Part shown: positions 33,921 to 45,501 of the stretch, piece by piece
Position numbering within the stretch: position 1 is the stretch's first letter
Layout of the letters: each line of letters begins with the position of its first letter
DNA from: Ranitomeya imitator
Lineage: Eukaryota
Length of the DNA: 64,000 nt
Direction of reading: 5' to 3'
Assembly: GCF_032444005.1 (NCBI RefSeq)
Contig: NC_091282.1
Location: 425,320,001 to 425,384,000 of the forward strand
Position numbers and translations under genes: made by a program
Notes under the pieces: model-generated
Seen by the model: the letters and a program-made list of their open reading frames with translations, nothing else
Databases searched by the model: none
Told to the model about the DNA's origin: nothing

Positions 33921-36356
33921 ACCTATGGAAGAAGCGTCTATCTCTAGAAATAATTGTTTATCTGAATCCGGTCGATGAAGAACAGGTAGGGAGGAGAAGA
34001 CCTGTTTTAGGGAAATAAAGCCTCCTCTGCCTCAGGAGTCCAATCCTTGGTGTTTGCGTCTTTCCGGGTCAAGGTTGACATGGGTGCCACTCGGGTGGAA
34101 AAGTGTGGAATAAATAAACTGTAATAGTTGGCGAACCCCAGGAACCATTGTATGACTTTCAGACCGGATGGGCGAGGCCACTTAAGGATGGCAGATACCT
34201 TCTCCAGATCTATCTTTAATCCTGTGGATGATACATTATATCCAAGGAGAGGCAGAGAGGATTGTTCAAAGAGGCACTTTTCTAATATAGCATAAAGTCT
34301 GTTCTCCCTGAATCTTTGTAAGACCAGATGTATTTGTCTCCGGTGGGAGGCTAAATCTGCAGAGAAGATCAGGATATCGTCCAGGTAAACAACAACACAC
34401 GAATAGAGCGGATGTCTGAAAATATTATTTACAAATTCCTGAAAAACTGCAGGTGCATTACTTAGGTCGAATGGCATAACCAGGTATTCGCAGTGTCCAT
34501 CCCTGGTGTTAAAAGCGTTTTTCCACTCATCTCCAGTACGAATACGTATGAGGTTGTAGGCCCCTCTGAAGTCCAGTTTGGTGAGATTTTAGAACCCCTA
34601 AGACGATCAAACAACTCTGAGATAAGCGGCAACAGATACTTGTTCTTTACCGTAATCTGGTTCAGCCCCCTGTAATCGATACAGGGCCATAGAGATCAAT
34701 CTTTTTTCTTCACAAAGAAGAATCCTGCTCCAGCTGGCAAGGATGACTTCCGGATAAATCCTCTTGCTAGGTTCTCCTGAATGTAGTCAGACATGGATTG
34801 GGTCTCTGCTTGAGAAAGAAGATAGATTCACTCCTTAGGGGGAGAAGTTCCGGGGAGCAGATTAATCGGACAATCATACGACCTGTGTGGAGGTAATTTC
34901 TCTGCCTTCTTTGTACCGAAGACATTAGCAAAGGCCCAGTAAATGGAGGGTAGGCCCCGCAGGGCAGTGGGCTGGAATGGAGAAAGAACAGATCGAACAT
35001 GGATGATACATCTATCCAAGTAGGAGTCTCCCCAGCACAGAACCTCTCCAGTCTTCTAATTTAAGACTGGTTCATGCATCTGGAGCAAGGATAGACCTAA
35101 AAGGAAGGGATGAGACGAAAAAGGCAACACATAAAAGTGGATTATTTCTAAATGCGTTAAATCTACCTGGAGTGCCATAGGCACAGTCTGGAAGTGAATG
35201 GACTCAGACAGAGGTTTGCCATCCACAGATGTCACCTGCAACAGTTCTGGAAGGCGCTGGACTGGAATCTGATAACAATCCACAACCACCTGCTGAATGA
35301 GATTCCTGGCGGCTCCAGAATCGAGGTGACAGAGTTCCAAAAATTTTACCTTGCCAAAGACCACAGAGACTGTTATTTGCAGTGGTGGATAGAGATGATC
35401 CTTACCTAGGGCTGCCTCTCCAACAGACCCTAGTCACTAGAGTTTCCCAACTTCCTTGGACATGAGCGGATAAAATGCTTGGAATTGCCACAGTAGAAAC
35501 AGCTCCACTCCTGGCGACGCACCTCCTGGCGGCGCTTACCCAAGCTCACTCGATCTACTTCCATAGACAAATAGGCGAGGGGAACAAAGTCTGGAAGGTC
35601 GCTGGTTTAGGAATGCTATCAACCGGGTGGTAGGATTCCTATTCACTTTTGATCTCCTTGAATCGTTCTTGAAACCGTAAGTCTATCCGGACTGCCAGGG
35701 AAATCAAGTCATCCACAGTTGTAGGTACATCCCATCCCGCCAGCTCATCCTTAATTCTTCCTGAAAGACCTTCGCAGAAAGTGGCCACCAAGGCTTCATT
35801 GTTCCAGGATAATTCAGCCGAAGGGGTACAGAACTGCACTGCATGCTGAGCCAGAGTAAAAGCCTCCTGAGTTAGTCAAAGAAGAGCCGAAGCTGTCGAT
35901 GTAGCACGACCAGGTCCGTCAAAGGTCCTGCAGAATGCCTCTAGAAAAGACTGAAGATTAGTGACCAGAGGATCCATTCTCTCCCACAGCGGATTCAGCC
36001 AGGCGAGGGCCTCTCCATCAAGGTGAGACATAATGAAGCCCACCTTAGCCCGATGAGAAGCAAACATGTGCCCCAGGGGTTCAAAATGCAGTGTGCAATG
36101 GTTAATGAAACCCCCGACACTGAACGGGATTGCCATGGAAGTGGGTGGAAGCTGGTAGGCGAGGGCTTTTACTTGCTGTGCAGTTAGATACCTGGATGCC
36201 GGTGGCAGAGGCAGGTGCAGATGAAGAGACCAGGGTATCCATACGAGTAGATAAGTTGTGCAGAAAAGTCATGATCTTGTCCTGTTGACCTCTCAGAAGG
36301 GTAACCTCTAGACATAGCTCCACGGCTGGAGGTGCCTGGGATCCAGCGGGTTCCAT
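33921..36356 (-). pseudogene. G gag-protease-RT-RNase H start, decayed
   Basis: MEPAGSQ gag start; CFYCGNSKHFIRSC; HLDSGAA; VVVYLDDILIF; FLEIDASS. Confidence 0.85.
35401..35448 (-). promoter_or_regulatory. -1 frameshift signal of G (G GGA AAC plus stem)
   Basis: In-register TTG GGA AAC just after the CCHC, followed by a CTAGGG...CCCTAG stem; the same heptamer is used by PEG10/Sushi. Confidence 0.65.
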
Positions 36357-36369
36357 GGCGGAAGCAATC

Positions 36370-37168
36370 TGTAACGAATGGAAATGGAGGCACAGATGGT
36401 GAAGTTTACATTAGTTTTTAATGAAGTTTAACATGGAACCTCTGGGCCACGGTCCGGGGGCTCCAAAGGGGGCGTGACTATGTGAGCCCCAGACACCCAT
36501 GATAAGAACCCTCGAACAGGGTCAGAAGGGGATGCCTGGGGGACACGGGTGCTACCTCCAGTTAGACCCCGGATTTGTGGTAGCTGACCCAGTGGGACAG
36601 ATGGACAAGCAGGGTTAGCAGATGACGTAGAGCTAACCGGTGGGTTCCAGGGGTACAGGTAGAAGCTGGTTCCGCCGCTACTGATGTTGTTCAGCAGTAC
36701 GGGTAACTGAATGGCGGATCAAGACAGAACTAGAGTAGGCAGATTGGAGGTCACCCAGGAAAGTCAGGTAACTGGTAGCAGATAGTCTGTGGAGACAAAC
36801 AGTGTAAGCAGAGCACTGGCAGAGAGCTTCAGAAACAGAAGCACATGCTAGCAGAAACCGGAATTTAGCAACAGAGGATACTTGTTGCTCCGGCACCCTC
36901 CCTATGGTAGAGGGGCAAGAAATAGTAATCATTAACATGCCATTGGTCAAAAGCCCTTTTTAAAACATGTGTTCTGTCTCTTTAAAGGACCAGGAGCGAG
37001 CATGCACATGACCTAAGCACACAGCCCAAAAACCTGCTTGCTTGCTGCTCTTAGGAAGCAGAGGAGGAAGGGGAAGCAGAGGCTGTGTCAGGACAGTGTG
37101 GAGCCGTCACAGAGCGGGAGTCCCGACTGGGAACCCACAAAGGTACAGTGACCGGACTGGGTGTAACA
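36370..37168 (-). repeat. 5' LTR of G
   Basis: Homologous to 4256-5010; followed on the minus strand by a 13-nt leader and the gag ATG. Confidence 0.85.
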
Positions 37169-37173
37169 CTCTT

Positions 37174-37552
37174 CTGCTGCGGTCTTGACAACTTCCTTCC
37201 ACACACGATTAACAAGACCACCTGTCTTCCTGCAAAGATAGTATGTGACAGCATCACGACAACCATAGGAGCTGTGCAAAGACAAGCACAGGGGTCTTCT
37301 CCAGACTCCGCGCTGTAATGACAACCCATGGCGCCCTGCTCACGTGACTGGGGCGCCAATGGGTGGGTCTTATGATACACTTCCGGTATGCTCGAGTTAA
37401 ATGCAGATTTCAGAGATTCACAGAAGCATCTTAACAGCTGTGGGTGGATCGTAACTCCACCTGCGGCTGTTAGAGGCACATGACAGCTGATCAAATCAGC
37501 TGTTATGTGCTGGGAAAGATGCAGGCTTAGTGCATCCAAGGTCGTAAAGGGG
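37174..37552. mobile_element. Right end of a piggyBac-like non-autonomous element
   Basis: Ends AAAGGGG|TTAA; 37420-37520 resembles 22200-22330. Confidence 0.45.
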
Positions 37553-38572
37553 TTAAATAACACTGCACACTGCAATGTGCAACCATTAATTTCTGTTATG
37601 ATATATCACCTGATAAAAGGAGAGTAAAATTGGTGACATTTTTGTGGTTGACAATTGCAGTGGACCACGATTGGCCACTATCATGCAGTAAGTTCACCCT
37701 TTGTCAGAATGGATGAAATATCAGAATTTCTTCTACTGAGGTAGACCATGATTATCAATTTTATAAAAGTTATGTGCCCATAGTATGAACAATTAATTAG
37801 AGCTCACCAGTATCATTCTGTTGGGCCACACGATGGCAGGGTTTTTTTTTAATGCTGCCTCATATAGAACATTTCTTTAGGGAAGTTGTGATATTTATAA
37901 GACAAATCCAACTTTTGACATTCAATCCAGGCATGATGACATCAGAAATAAATGTATTTTGAAACTTTTTTCTTCCATGAACATAAAAATTTAAATGTAA
38001 GTCATTTTGCATTGTGTCTGATTTTCTACATAAAGAGGCCACATTGTGATGAAATACAGGTTAGGGGTTATCACTAGGTTTTGGGGTTCAATGGTCAAAA
38101 ATAACTTTTGATTCATCAGTCTAAAAAAACAGTTCTTATATCAACAAGTGATGTGAAATATTTTACAAAAATGAACATTTCTAAACATATATATATTTGA
38201 AAAACAGCATTAAAACTTGTCCATACACCTTTTTTTCCTCACAAAACATATATTCTTGCTTATATATGCAGAAAGAAGATGCATTAATACAAAGCAAGAG
38301 GATTTTTGAAAAGAGAAAATGATAACCAAGGAGAAGCAGCTAATTAAATTGTCTGTGTATGTATAAGAATAGTCCTCTGAAGTTAAGACTTTTTTTTTTT
38401 ATTCAATTTTTCTTTTGAGGTAAGATATCATTCACTTTTGATTTAATTGTTTGTTGGAAAAAATAGCAGCATGATAAAAGTTTTTATGGAAATTTCTTTC
38501 AGCTATATAATCAATCATATTTCTTTCTAACTCGTATGCAATCCCAAGCCCCTGAGTCTAAAAGACTTTCTT

Positions 38573-38784
38573 NNNNNNNNNNNNNNNNNNNNNNNNNNNN
38601 NNNNNNNNNNNNNNNNNNNNNNNNNNNNNNNNNNNNNNNNNNNNNNNNNNNNNNNNNNNNNNNNNNNNNNNNNNNNNNNNNNNNNNNNNNNNNNNNNNNN
38701 NNNNNNNNNNNNNNNNNNNNNNNNNNNNNNNNNNNNNNNNNNNNNNNNNNNNNNNNNNNNNNNNNNNNNNNNNNNNNNNNNNNN
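38573..38784. other. Assembly gap (212 N)
   Basis: Run of N. Confidence 1.
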
Positions 38785-39504
38785 ATAGTAGTGAGGAAAA
38801 AGGAGCATCACTCTCAGGTACCTCCAGCTACCCCATGGGGATCTTTCTCAGTTTGATTTACTGTAATTGCCTTTGAAATACAATATCAAGTGACCTTCTG
38901 AGTCATATAAAAAGTAGAGGTTGGAAACTATTGGGGTACTTACAGTTTAGACAAGTGATCCTTAAAACAACTGTAGAAAATACATTTCACTTTTAACCCT
39001 TCAAGAAAAAAAAGAAAGACTATATCTTTGATCTTTCTGCAAATGTACAGGCTTTCCTAGCAAATATAATTACAATTTTATAAATCTATAACTATTGCAC
39101 AGCACAATCTTTTCTACATACAAGTCTATTATAAAATATATTGTTACAAAAATGTATACAATGCAGCATCTAATTATATAAATTAAAGATCTAAAATAAA
39201 TCATTCTAATCTCTTTATTTCTCTCTAGTTCATATCTAATATTTATTTATTCTCAATATGTGTCTGTCCATTAGTGATGTGTGGATCTGGCAAAATTTTA
39301 ATTTGCCAGTTTATGCAGATTTTCCTGGGAAATTCTATTCAAAACAAAGATATTCTCCTCAACTTGAATGTCCCTTCTTATGCTCTGTAGTCTCTCTAGA
39401 CACATATAGATATTAAAGAATACTTCTACAGTTCCCACACTCAACTCTCTGGCACTTTTACTCCTCACCATCCCATACCTGGTTCTCATAGCACTTTCTT
39501 ATCA

Positions 39505-40474
39505 CATACCCCGGGTATATTCTAGCCTAGGCCAAAGTATACCCCGGGGTATATTCTGGCCTAGGCCACATTATACACCTCCAGGCCAGAATATACCACC
39601 CGGGGGTATAAAATAGCTTGGGCCAGACTATGTCAGGGGTTATGGTAGCCTAGGCCAGAGAATACCCCTGGTATATTCTGGCCTGGGTCAAAATATACCC
39701 TAGGGTATATTCTGGCCTAGGCCACATTTTATCAATCCAGGCAAGAATATATTTCCCTTGGACAACCACGGTGTACATATAAAACAAAAGGTGATGGGAA
39801 CTGCTACTTTCGGGTCATCAGCTACATCCTGACAGGAACAATCACTCCCTTCTCAGAGATAAAGTCATACACCACATGAAAACTGCCTTGACAAAAAGCT
39901 ACAGGACTATTTGAATCAAAATGTAAATGAATAAGTCTGGGCAACGGATGCAGAGATCATGGCCACAGCGAATCTGTTGAATTGCGACATTGTCATCCAC
40001 GCAAAAGTTGGTGACTCCTTGGCTGACTTATCCTGCAACCTTCAATCTGCAGTCAACAACAGAACATGCACTTTATCTTGAAAATAAGCATAATCATTTT
40101 AATTTGTTATCAGTGTTTGCCTTTAAACGTTTATATTGTAGCAAGGACTTGCTAGTCTAAGGCCAGGTATAAAAAGTCGCAAGCAACAATCGCATACAAA
40201 GTAACCATTATGTGGTTTGGGTGGGTGAGCAGGTAAAACACACCAATATTCAGGCTTGGAGAGGTATAGTTTAGCCTAGGCTACAATATACCCGGGGAAT
40301 ATTTTGGCCTAGGTCAGAATATACCAGTGTTATACTGTGGCCTAGGCCACCTTAACCCCGGGTATAGTCTGGCCCAGTCTTTGGCTTAGGCCAGAACATA
40401 CCTGGGGTATACTCTGGCTTTGGCTACTTTAACCCAAGCATAGTCTGGGATGGGGTATATTCTGGCCTGTTATA
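39505..40474 (+). mobile_element. Second Ginger1-like deletion derivative, left tip missing, carrying an OTU remnant
   Basis: Same GGTATATTCTGGCCTAGGCC subterminal repeats as 5602; right end CTGGCCTGTTATA followed by CTGG. Confidence 0.75.
39757..40112 (+). pseudogene. OTU-family cysteine protease domain remnant
   Basis: Hand translation across frameshifts: KTKGDGNCYFRVISYILTG / NHSLLRDKVIHHM / *VWATDAEIMATANLLNCDIVI / LYLENKHNHF. Confidence 0.8.
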
Positions 40475-40826
40475 CTGGAACTTTTCTGTACATGCGCGCA
40501 TTAGATCATGACAGATGTTGTGTGCAAAGTCGTGGCCTACAATTTAGGGGGGTCCTCAGGATTTAAGTGCAAGCAGCATTGATAAGGTGATGTGATGAGG
40601 ACTGGTAGAGGGATGAGAAGGAGGGAGTGGAGAGATGAGTGGCAAGATGATCTTTTTTTATTTTTAACCTTTGGATGGCCAAGCCATTTGCCATTTTACT
40701 ACATCTGCATGGAAGAAACTTAATAAAATACACATTTTTATGAAAGCAGATTTTTGTAAAATTTGAGTAGAATTTAATTCCGCTCAGCACTCCAAGTAAA
40801 GTGTACAAAAAGTGTCAATACTTTGA

Positions 40827-42936
40827 TAGTGATGAGCGAACATGTTTGATGATACTTGGATATCACTCGAGTATCTGGATACACTCGTTCAGCATTGACT
40901 GGTGCTTGGATTGAATTCTTGAATCCCTGCCTGGCATGTTTGGTACCTGTTACACTCCAATAAACATGTAGGGATTGCCTGCCAGTCAGTGTAATGTTGT
41001 TGCCATCTTGGTAGTGGCATTACTGTGATTGGCTGGCCGCATTATCTCATCTGAGGTTAAAAAAGGACTGGCATGACCACACTCAGCACACGGCCATTGC
41101 ACAGCTATGAATGGAGGGAGAGAGTAGTTGTCAGCATACAGGCACTGATGACCAGATATTGTTGACAAGGAGGGAAAAGTTTTTAAACATAGTGTCATAC
41201 ACAGTGGAGGGAAGGCCAAGTGCAACACAAATGGATAAGGGAAAAAAAAACCAATATTAGGGAAGCGGGGAGTGGAGACCCCTATGCAGATCTTACTTTA
41301 CTCCATCTGCCCTAAGTTTCTCTATATAAGTTCCGCACCTATCACTGAGCAGAATACCTAATCCCTGCCTTACCCTGGCGATAAGCTATGCATAGGATGC
41401 CCACTAGTCGATCCCCACTATAACTAAAAGACAGATGGAATGTACAAACAAGGGGAACACTTAGCTTGAGTAGACTCAGACCTCCTCCAAACACGAAAGA
41501 GGAAGATAGCCAACTGCTATAGCTCCAACCCTCAACAGGGAAATTGCAATAGAAATATCACCGGCCACTCCCAGCAGCAAGCTGGGAGTTACACACCACC
41601 CCAGTCCAGGTGTGTCAACTAGAACTGGGAGAAGGCTGTCACTAGGTCATAGAGTCAGGAGGACCAGGAAGAATTCTGCAAAGTAATCTGCTGAGACCTT
41701 GAGCAGTCAGATGCAGATCAACGGTCTGCAGCCTCTGACACACCTGTGACAGATGGTCAAGCAATACCTTGCTGGCAAAACCAGCATACTCCCTAATTCC
41801 TCTGCAACCTTAAACCATTGGGTCTCAAAGCTGAACAACTCGCATGAGCTGTCCCTCTATGACTTGGAAGTGTTGTGCTGCTATCCTGCTTGCGTGTTAT
41901 CTGCATGGGTTTTTAGTGATGGCGGGTCATAACAGACAGGTGCTAACAGTGTCCACACTACGAGATCACAGCACCATATAAAGTATTTATACTCTTCAAT
42001 ATTTGAATAAGGCCCTCCACGTGGTTCCTTCAAGTCTCTATGGATGACCCTCCTTAGAATTGTTTTCTGGCTTTTCACTGTGTACAAAGCCTTTATGAGT
42101 GTAAAAGTACCACAACTACACTTACTTAATTTTTTTATGAGGCACTGCTGTTGGTGTCTTTAAGGGTGTATGAATGATCCTGCTTGTAATTTTTCTCAGG
42201 CTTTGCACTGTGTTCAGAGCATCAATGAGTGTAAGAGTACCACAATATTTGAATGAGGCACTACAAATGGTGCTTTCAAGGGTGTAAAGATAAAACTGCT
42301 TGCAATTTTTGGTTTGCTTTACACTTAGCGCATAGCCTTTATGAGTCCAAGAATATCATTACATAGCAATTTGAGCAGAATGTGTATGTGGACCTCATTT
42401 ATGTGAAAAACAGGGTGTTTCTGAAACCCTCTTCCCTCAAATTTTTGTCAGTTATTGCTTCATTCATAAATTTCACTGAAATTCCCCATTTGTTTTATAA
42501 AAAAAATAATTTTGGTTTACGGTATTTAAATTATTATTTTTGTAATCCTTTTTAAATGTTGCCTTATGTACAAGTCATTAAACAATGAAAAAATGTTTAT
42601 TAACTTTTTTCTTGTAAACTCCAATTTCTCTTCAATTTTGAATATTTTATTGTCTGTCCTTAGAGTGTATTAAAAGTGCGACACCATTATTCTCAGCAGC
42701 GATCTTGGAGTTAGAGATGCTTCCAGGGGTCTTCCTCATGCTTTTTTCCTTCCATTCAACACTTTTACCATCCATTTTCACTGCCCCCAAGTCCTCCTTG
42801 TAGTGTCTGAAGAAAAAATGCTTGGATTTCCCATTGACTCCAATTCAACTTGTTACGCGAAACTAGCATCCGAGCATTAGGAATTGCTTGGTTCGAGTAA
42901 CGAGCATCCAAGCACTTTAGTGGTCGCTCCTCTCTA
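40827..42936. mobile_element. Old non-autonomous hAT-type element
   Basis: TAGTGATGAGCGAA...GTCGCTCCTCTCTA; no clean TSD; ~120-bp internal repeats at ~42060-42350; possible LTR relic at 41255-41751. Confidence 0.5.
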
Positions 42937-43991
42937 TTTATTGGCTCAAATGCAACTTTTCAGGGGAAGAGGCTTACTAAATGATACTGTGAGCAAAATT
43001 GCCGCCAGTGTTATGGAGTGACTATGTCATCATATACAGGTCCTTCTCAAAAAATTAGCATATAGTGTTAAATTTCATTATTTACCATAATGTAATGATT
43101 ATGTGGCACCCCTAGGGGTATTTGCCACAAAAATAGTTACTGACAGTTAATACAAATACTAAAATAGCAAGACTGCACTACCACCTCCGGCCAGAAGGGG
43201 GAGCTCCAGAGACTCCCCTTGATCCATTCTGGTCTGAGAGAAGAAATGGCAGTTGGGCCAAGGAGCTGAAAGTGAGAGGTCATACAGTTGAATCTCTAAC
43301 AGCCCTGTGACTGTTACCAGGCCTAAATCACCGGCCTGAGGAGAAGAGGGACAGAGAAAAGGGACATTGTGAGAACCGGGTAGCATTAATCACTACCCAG
43401 AACAGGCGCAAAGACGGATACTGGATCCGTGGCTGTATTCATTATATATAATACAGCAACCGGAAAAACGTGAGGTGATATCAGCTTCACTAGGGCCGGA
43501 CACAGCAACAGACACAGAGTTCAGCGGTACTCCCGGAGGGGTTAAGCCGATAAAAGGACTCGGGTTGCCCGTCGAACCAGGACCCGGAGGGGACAGATTG
43601 GGCCGGCAGCCAGTTCACATACAGCAGCAGGGCCACACAGAAATTGCGCACAATAAGAGGCGAAGACCCCGGCAGGGTCAAAGTAACTCAGAGTTCCCAT
43701 ACAGACTCCGGTGACAGGACTGGTTGTAAATCCTTTTATGTTAAAGTAAACTGGTTAAACGTTTCAGTGCCTCAGTCTTTCATTTGGACAATAGCCATCT
43801 ATCCAGGATCGGGATCATCACCGCTGGGAGAACCTGCTGCTGATCAAGTAAGTGCCTGTTCCCTCACGATACCCTTACACTGTGCATTGCCTGAGGCCAC
43901 AGCACCGGGTCAAGCCACCCGTGACATCCCCCTCAAGAGACAGACCCCATTGGTCCGGTGCTGGGTATCCCGGTCTCTTGGGCGTCACAAT

Positions 43992-44009
43992 TGGCGTCAC
44001 GAACAGGAT
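43992..44009 (+). promoter_or_regulatory. Primer-binding site, tRNA-Ser(CGA)
   Basis: TGGCGTCACGAACAGGAT is complementary to the vertebrate tRNA-Ser(CGA) 3' end ...ATCCTGTTCGTGACG-CCA (recalled, not searched). Confidence 0.8.
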
Positions 44010-44459
44010 CTAGCCAGCCCGTATACCGGGTATTGTGTGCCGTGATTGGAGCCCAAAACTGTGAAAACTTGGATGAAAAATCTTGAAAATTGACTTTATT
44101 AAAGAAAAATCCATTCCCCATTGAAAACTATTGAAATTGACTTTTCCCCATTGGTTATAATGGAGTAAAGATGGCCGCCATCCCCTGAGGTAATCACTTC
44201 ATAACCGTTAGGCACGAGACTGTTAATTGAGCTACGCCATCACCTGAGCCCCAGTCTAACTGAAAAACTTCAGAATCCGCCATTACAGAGCGCGGTGGGT
44301 GAGAGCAGCAGGGGGCGTGTCATTGTGGGCGGCACCAAGCTGAGCGCTCTGACATCAGAGCAAGGGGAAAATCGATCCTGCTGCACAGCGGAACGAATCT
44401 ACACTATCCCGACGGAAGCGGAGGACCGGAAGGGTCCGGATTAACTAAGGGGGCACAGT

Positions 44460-45501
44460 ATGTCGCAGCACGGAGACGCCGCAGCACCCGGCGACGCTAA
44501 TGCAGCTGAAAGACAGAATGTCGATAGAGAGTCCGGTAGCACAGCGGTGCAAGGAGTGGCGCCCATCATGCCGGTGCTGATGCCATATACCCCGGGTGGC
44601 CCATGGCTTCCAATGTATGAAGGTGAGCCTAATAACCTTGACGATTTCAGAGAAAAGATGCTGGCCCATTTTGACATGTTCCCTGTGGGTGAAGTCCAGC
44701 GTGTTAGTCTCCTGATGATGCAGTTAAGTGGCCATGCTAAGCGAGAAGTCACAGCATGGGCAGCTGATCTAAAAGGCACTGTTAAACGCATATTTGCTGG
44801 ATTAAAAGCTACATTTGAAACCACTGCCAGCAGCAAAGCTAAAGTACGATTTTTTTAATTGCAAACAAAAAGTTATTGAGGGCGTGAGAGACTTTGCCTT
44901 AAACCTGCAGGAAGCCCTTAAATCACTTACACTGGCTGAACCCATTTTTAACACCGGAGCGGATAAACTGCTAAGAGATCAATTTATTGAGGGACTCTAC
45001 ACCCCTTCTCACCGGGGGCATGTGAGCATGCTTGTTTTTAAGAACCCTGAATTGACATTTGCCCAATTAAAGGAGAGCGTTATACGTCTCCAGCTGGCAG
45101 AGGCACCTCGGGATCAGGAGCCTGCGCAAGTCATGGCAGAGGCTCCTCAACAACATGGAGTACTAGTGACATCAGCTATGTCCGGGGCCATTGCTAAGCC
45201 CCTGGGGCCCAGTACTAATGAGGCTCTTCAACAAAAGCTTGACTCTTTAACTGATGTTGTTGCTTCAATGGCTAAAACCATGCAGGAGATGAGAGGACCC
45301 AAGATGGAGTTGTCAAACCGTAGAGAAGGTGTTCCATGGATGAGACCCCGGAGATACCCGACATGGAGAGGACGACCCCGCGACCGCTACCAACCGGATG
45401 GACAGCCCATTTGCCGCCGTTGCCAGCAGCCAGGCCACTTTGCACGAGATTGTGATTTAAACGGGAATCCCCTGGGAATGCGGGCCGCTTCGCAGGAATG
45501 A
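44460..45501 (+). pseudogene. J gag, one frameshift at the T-run near 44840
   Basis: Track ORFs 44460-44858 and 44815-45501; CRRCQQPGHFARDC knuckle. Confidence 0.85.
45456..45500 (+). promoter_or_regulatory. -1 frameshift signal of J (T TTA AAC plus hairpin)
   Basis: Heptamer 45456-45462 is in gag register; the -1 frame is open into the protease; CTGGGAATGC/GCTTCGCAG stem follows. Confidence 0.65.

Larger units (their letters stand above)
4256..37168 (-). mobile_element. Gypsy chromovirus (Sushi/Tf1-type) element G, split by nested insertions
   Basis: Homologous LTRs at 4256-5010 and 36370-37168 with TG...CA ends; identical flanks CTCTT at 4251-4255 and 37169-37173; gag-PR-RT-RH-IN-chromo pieces lie in the correct order on the minus strand. 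Confidence 0.9.

Noticed and set aside
37881-37996. AG...GTAAGT exon-like segment
   Set aside because: All three frames hit a stop before the donor and the peptide is not recognisable.
38527-38856. ORFs spanning the N run
   Set aside because: Artefacts of the assembly gap.
43992-44009. tRNA gene
   Set aside because: Only an 18-nt complement to a tRNA 3' end, i.e. a PBS.
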